Shown here one piece after another: positions 35,910 through 39,895 of a stretch of DNA of 39,895 bases. Both the position numbers and the translations under genes were made by a program. Position 1 is the first letter of the stretch, and each line of letters starts with the position of its first letter. Under the pieces are notes generated by a model. That model made no database searches and was not told the origin of the DNA. It was given only the letters and a program-made list of their open reading frames with translations. Source of the DNA: Octopus bimaculoides (taxonomy: Eukaryota); assembly GCF_001194135.2 (NCBI RefSeq), contig NC_068987.1:65624479-65664373 (forward strand), given 5' to 3'.

Positions 35910-36720
35910 GTATGTCTTACCCACTAACAACTTATATGCTTGACTTGGAGATCTGTAACACCATTGAAAGTACTTTACGCAGGATGTGCGCAGTGTCTAG
36001 TAGTATTATTTTCTATGTTATATACATTCGTAAGTCCTGGTGTTTTGGATATGTATTTGTCTGAATGTTTTTTAATCATACATAATGCACCTATCATTAT
36101 AGGGGTTATTTCTGTTTTTAGACTCCAGATTCAGATTACCTCTATTTCCAGATCTTTGTATTTTGAGAGTTTCTCCTTTGCTTTTAGAGATACATGGTCA
36201 TCTGTTGGCATTGATACATCGATTAAAAGGCATTCTTTTTTCTTGGTGAAAACTATTTCCTGTCCATCAGCCTTGGTTTCTCTATCTGTATTGAATGGCA
36301 TATTCCAAAGTATTGCTGCTTTGTCATTTTCTAAAACCTTTTCTGGGGTATGCCTACACCATCTTTTTTCTGTTGTAATTCCATAGTGTTGGCATAGCTT
36401 CCAGTGTATATAGGTTTCAACTCTGTCATGTCTGCGGACATATTCTTTCACCACATGTTCCTCAGTTACTTCTTGTATTTTTCTTTATTATGTGTTTCTG
36501 GTGATTTCGTGTGTGGAGGCTTTGATCTTGTCCTGAAATTAAAAATCCTTTAGTCTCTGCTTTGAGCTCTGAACTCCTCAGCCATTGCTGGAATTTTAAT
36601 TTGTCTATTTCTTTTCTGTTTAGCATATCCCAATATTTGCCATGTAAGGGCTTTTCTTGCCATCGTTTCATCATGTACTTTGTTGTTTCAGTTTTAATTG
36701 AGATTTCAGTTGTTTTTGTT
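35910..36720 (-). mobile_element. 5'-truncated R4/Dong-like RLE non-LTR retrotransposon (3' end)
   Basis: KPLHGKY...WLRSSELKAET.GFL..GQDQSLHTRN, YVRRHD (RHD at 36425-36433), CLLIDVSMP.D, EKLSKYKDLEIE, TAHILRKVLS; the 5' junction lies in a CAA/TAA-like repeat. Confidence 0.87.
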
Positions 36721-36908
36721 GTTGTTGTTGTTATTATTTTGTTCATCATATACAAGTATGTGTGTGTTCATCATTGCTTTATGTATTTTATTCAGTTCTT
36801 TAATAAAGTATATTCAGTATAGTTTGATCTTGGTGCACTACTTTTGGCCCACCATATATACATACACATACCTCCGTATTTTCCGAACAGCGGCGAGATA
36901 TATGCCTG

Positions 36909-36909
<1 letters not shown>

Positions 36910-36991
<82 letters not shown>

Positions 36992-37045
36992 CGGAAGAAC
37001 ACACACACACACAAATGCAAACACGCACGCACACACACGCACATT
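36910..37045. repeat. (CA)n microsatellite
   Basis: Directly visible. Confidence 0.96.
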
Positions 37046-37082
37046 TATAGATACTGACAGAATAAGTCGCACATACACATGC

Positions 37083-37281
37083 TCTTTTACTTGTTTCAGT
37101 CATTTGACTGCGGCCATGCTGGAGCACCGCCTTTAGTCGAGAAAATCGACCCCAGGATTTATTCTTTGGAAGCCTAGTACTTATTCTATCGGGCAGTTTT
37201 GCCGAACCGCTAAGTTACGGGGACGTAAACACAGCAGCATCGGTTGTCAAGCGATGTTGCGGGGAGAAACACAGATACACA
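37083..37281 (-). mobile_element. Family A SINE 3' half, well conserved, running into a gap
   Basis: Reverse complement matches 2140-2355 (CATGCTGGAGCACCGCC, TTACGGGGACGTAAACAC). Confidence 0.9.
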
Positions 37282-38471
37282 NNNNNNNNNNNNNNNNNNN
37301 NNNNNNNNNNNNNNNNNNNNNNNNNNNNNNNNNNNNNNNNNNNNNNNNNNNNNNNNNNNNNNNNNNNNNNNNNNNNNNNNNNNNNNNNNNNNNNNNNNNN
37401 NNNNNNNNNNNNNNNNNNNNNNNNNNNNNNNNNNNNNNNNNNNNNNNNNNNNNNNNNNNNNNNNNNNNNNNNNNNNNNNNNNNNNNNNNNNNNNNNNNNN
37501 NNNNNNNNNNNNNNNNNNNNNNNNNNNNNNNNNNNNNNNNNNNNNNNNNNNNNNNNNNNNNNNNNNNNNNNNNNNNNNNNNNNNNNNNNNNNNNNNNNNN
37601 NNNNNNNNNNNNNNNNNNNNNNNNNNNNNNNNNNNNNNNNNNNNNNNNNNNNNNNNNNNNNNNNNNNNNNNNNNNNNNNNNNNNNNNNNNNNNNNNNNNN
37701 NNNNNNNNNNNNNNNNNNNNNNNNNNNNNNNNNNNNNNNNNNNNNNNNNNNNNATATATATCGGTAGAATTAAATGGTTAATTTGAACAAACACCATATA
37801 TATGCAGGAAGTATTGTATCCACATCTTGATAAACGTAAATGTCATACATAAACTGAATACAACATGATTTTGATTATATCTTAAATTGACTTATAAGTA
37901 AAAATTCCTGTCCGGAAATTGAAATGGTTTAGGAAATTATGAAAATATGACATAATACAAGATCTTGTTTGTCACAATTTATGTAAGCTATTTCCTATTC
38001 TATTCTCTCTTATAGGACAACAAGCTACTGGAGAAAGGAGATTATGACAGAATGTATGAATAATCGAATAGCTAGATGTAAAATATTTATTGAATGAAAT
38101 TACAATGTTAAAATCTGAATTTACAACGGCTGTTTGTGTGTTATGGAGATATGAAGTTTATAGTTCAGAATGAATTAATTGTCGTTGCGGGAAATTTTCA
38201 AGTCCACAGAAGAAATGTCACTGAATTTGAATAAAGAAGTGTTTGACATTTGAAGACAGAAGAGGGTATAATCTGTGTAATCGACTCCCTACCCAACCTG
38301 GTACAGGTACAACGTCGATTTTCCGGAACCTTTGGATTCAAAGCCATTCCGGATTGGCGATTTTTCCGAACCAGGAGTAGTGACCTTGGTTAACACACTC
38401 TAAATGAAACAAATATTAAACATACTTTTATAATTAAATCAAATATACGCACCTGTATGTTAGTATATAAT

Positions 38472-38604
38472 GTGGAGGAGCGTGGCTTAGTGGTTAGGGT
38501 GTTGGACTCACGATGGTAAGATTGGACCAAGCGATGCGTTGTGTTCTTGAGAAAAATACTTCAGGTTGCTCCAGTCCACACAGCTGTAGAAATGAGTACC
38601 ACTA
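38472..38604 (+). mobile_element. tRNA-derived SINE head (family E), copy 1
   Basis: GTGGAGGAGCGTGGCTTAGTGGTTAGGG (A box); B box deleted; ends GCTGTAGAAATGAGT. Confidence 0.82.
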
Positions 38605-38751
38605 GTGGAGGCACGTGGCTTAGTGGTTAGGGTGTTGAATTCTCAACCGTAAGATTGTGGTTTCGATCCATTGACCGGGTGATCCCTTGTGTTCTTGAGC
38701 AAAACACTTCATTTCACGTTGCTCCAGTCCACTCTGCTGTAGAAATGAATT
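38605..38751 (+). mobile_element. tRNA-derived SINE head (family E), copy 2
   Basis: GTGGCTTAGTGG (A box), GGTTTCGATCC (B box), GTTGCTCCAGTCCAC..GCTGTAGAAATGA. Confidence 0.85.
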
Positions 38752-39679
38752 CAGCATTGAGAGGGATGAAATCCGCCAGGCTTTCTCACCCTAGATACGC
38801 AGCATGGCTTTGACGCCCCAACGATACCCAAGGGGTTAAAGGAATTGTCAATTGTCAATATTACAATAGATGGTACAAGTTTATTAATACTGTACCGAGC
38901 AAGGTGCCGCTAAACTAGCCTGGCGGCTGTGGGATTTACATTTTCCTGCTCGTAAATACTGCTGATTATAAAAGGTTCTGAACTACTAGTATCTGGAAAA
39001 CCGGTGTTGCAACTGTAATTAAATTGATCTATTATTTACTGAACATAAGGTTCAATAAAAGGACGCACGGCAAAATTGGTCCTGATAGGATATGTGATTT
39101 CTAACACTGACTTCACGTAACATATTTACAAAGAAGTACAGATGATTACGTCTAACGCAGAATTTAGCTGAAAATATATTTTATTCATCCACAGAAAAAT
39201 AGTGGATGATGTCGTTGGGGACGAGATCGTAACTCCAAGCATAAAGAGACGCATCTAATTATCATGAGATGTTTTATGTGTCATTTTACCAATTCAGCTA
39301 CCCACCACGCGTTTGAACGATATTTTTTTAACACTCTAGGTGCTATATTGAGTTTTAAGAAGATTTCGTAGCGGACATATTGCAAGGAAAATGTAATGTG
39401 TTGGTTAATTTAAAAAATGCTACAAGTATTAATATGTGCAATGTTGATGACATCTAAAAGTCATTAGCTGGAATTAAATTATTTTCAGTGATAAGACTGC
39501 GGTCATTGGCCTGAAGCAATGCTTCCATTTATATCGATCTTACTACTTATTTCAATTTAATACTTATTCTATTGATTTCCTTTATCGAATAACTACGTGT
39601 TATCTTTCTAGCCTAGAGAGACGTAATTCAACATCTCTAATTTACAAGAACTCTCCCCATATGTATGTAACAACTACCA

Positions 39680-39713
39680 TTGATATATATATGTACACAC
39701 ACACACACACACA

Positions 39714-39760
<47 letters not shown>

Positions 39761-39895
39761 GTATATATATATGTATATATATGTGTGTGTATATATATAT
39801 ATGTATATATATGTATGTATATATGTATGTATATATATATATATGTATATATGTATGTATATACATATGTATGTATATATATATGTATATGTATG
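39680..39895. repeat. (CA)n followed by (TATG/TA)n microsatellite
   Basis: Directly visible. Confidence 0.95.

Larger units (their letters stand above)
7248..37753. other. Assembly gaps at 7248-7600, 8421-8942, 10505-10576, 15272-15281, 16884-17151, 20930-21061, 30408-30927, 32455-32464, 34847-34856 and 37282-37753
   Basis: N runs; most of the larger ones abut (TA)n or (AAT)n tracts. Confidence 0.99.

Noticed and set aside
1-39895. Host protein-coding gene, rRNA, CRISPR array or other prokaryotic system
   Set aside because: No ORF outside transposons has a recognisable domain, no convincing exon chain was found, and there is no regularly spaced repeat-spacer array. The sequence is eukaryotic repeat-rich DNA.

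Overview
AT-rich eukaryotic DNA, dense in microsatellites and broken by 10 N-gaps. The SINE families look like those of coleoid cephalopods, most likely an Octopus draft assembly; this is inferred from recalled repeat consensus, not from a search. I found no intact host gene, rRNA, true tRNA or CRISPR array, and most ORFs in the supplied track are microsatellite or N-gap artefacts. The window is a transposon graveyard. It holds a complete decayed mariner (2646-3895, TA TSD), a complete decayed Buster/Charlie-type hAT (3951-6323, perfect 8-bp TSD), a 5'-truncated Tx1/L1-clade LINE (33674-35780), three fragments of R4/Dong-like RLE retrotransposons next to (TAA)n or (CAA)n arrays, and many tRNA-derived SINEs of at least four families. 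The best leads are: (1) a type I hammerhead ribozyme motif with a palindromic stem III at 33415-33504; (2) a CORE-like SINE whose 3' tail is about 90% identical to the 3' end of the Tx1-clade LINE, suggesting a SINE/LINE partnership; (3) a 352-bp fold-back palindrome nested inside a second pair of inverted repeats (20097-20902).
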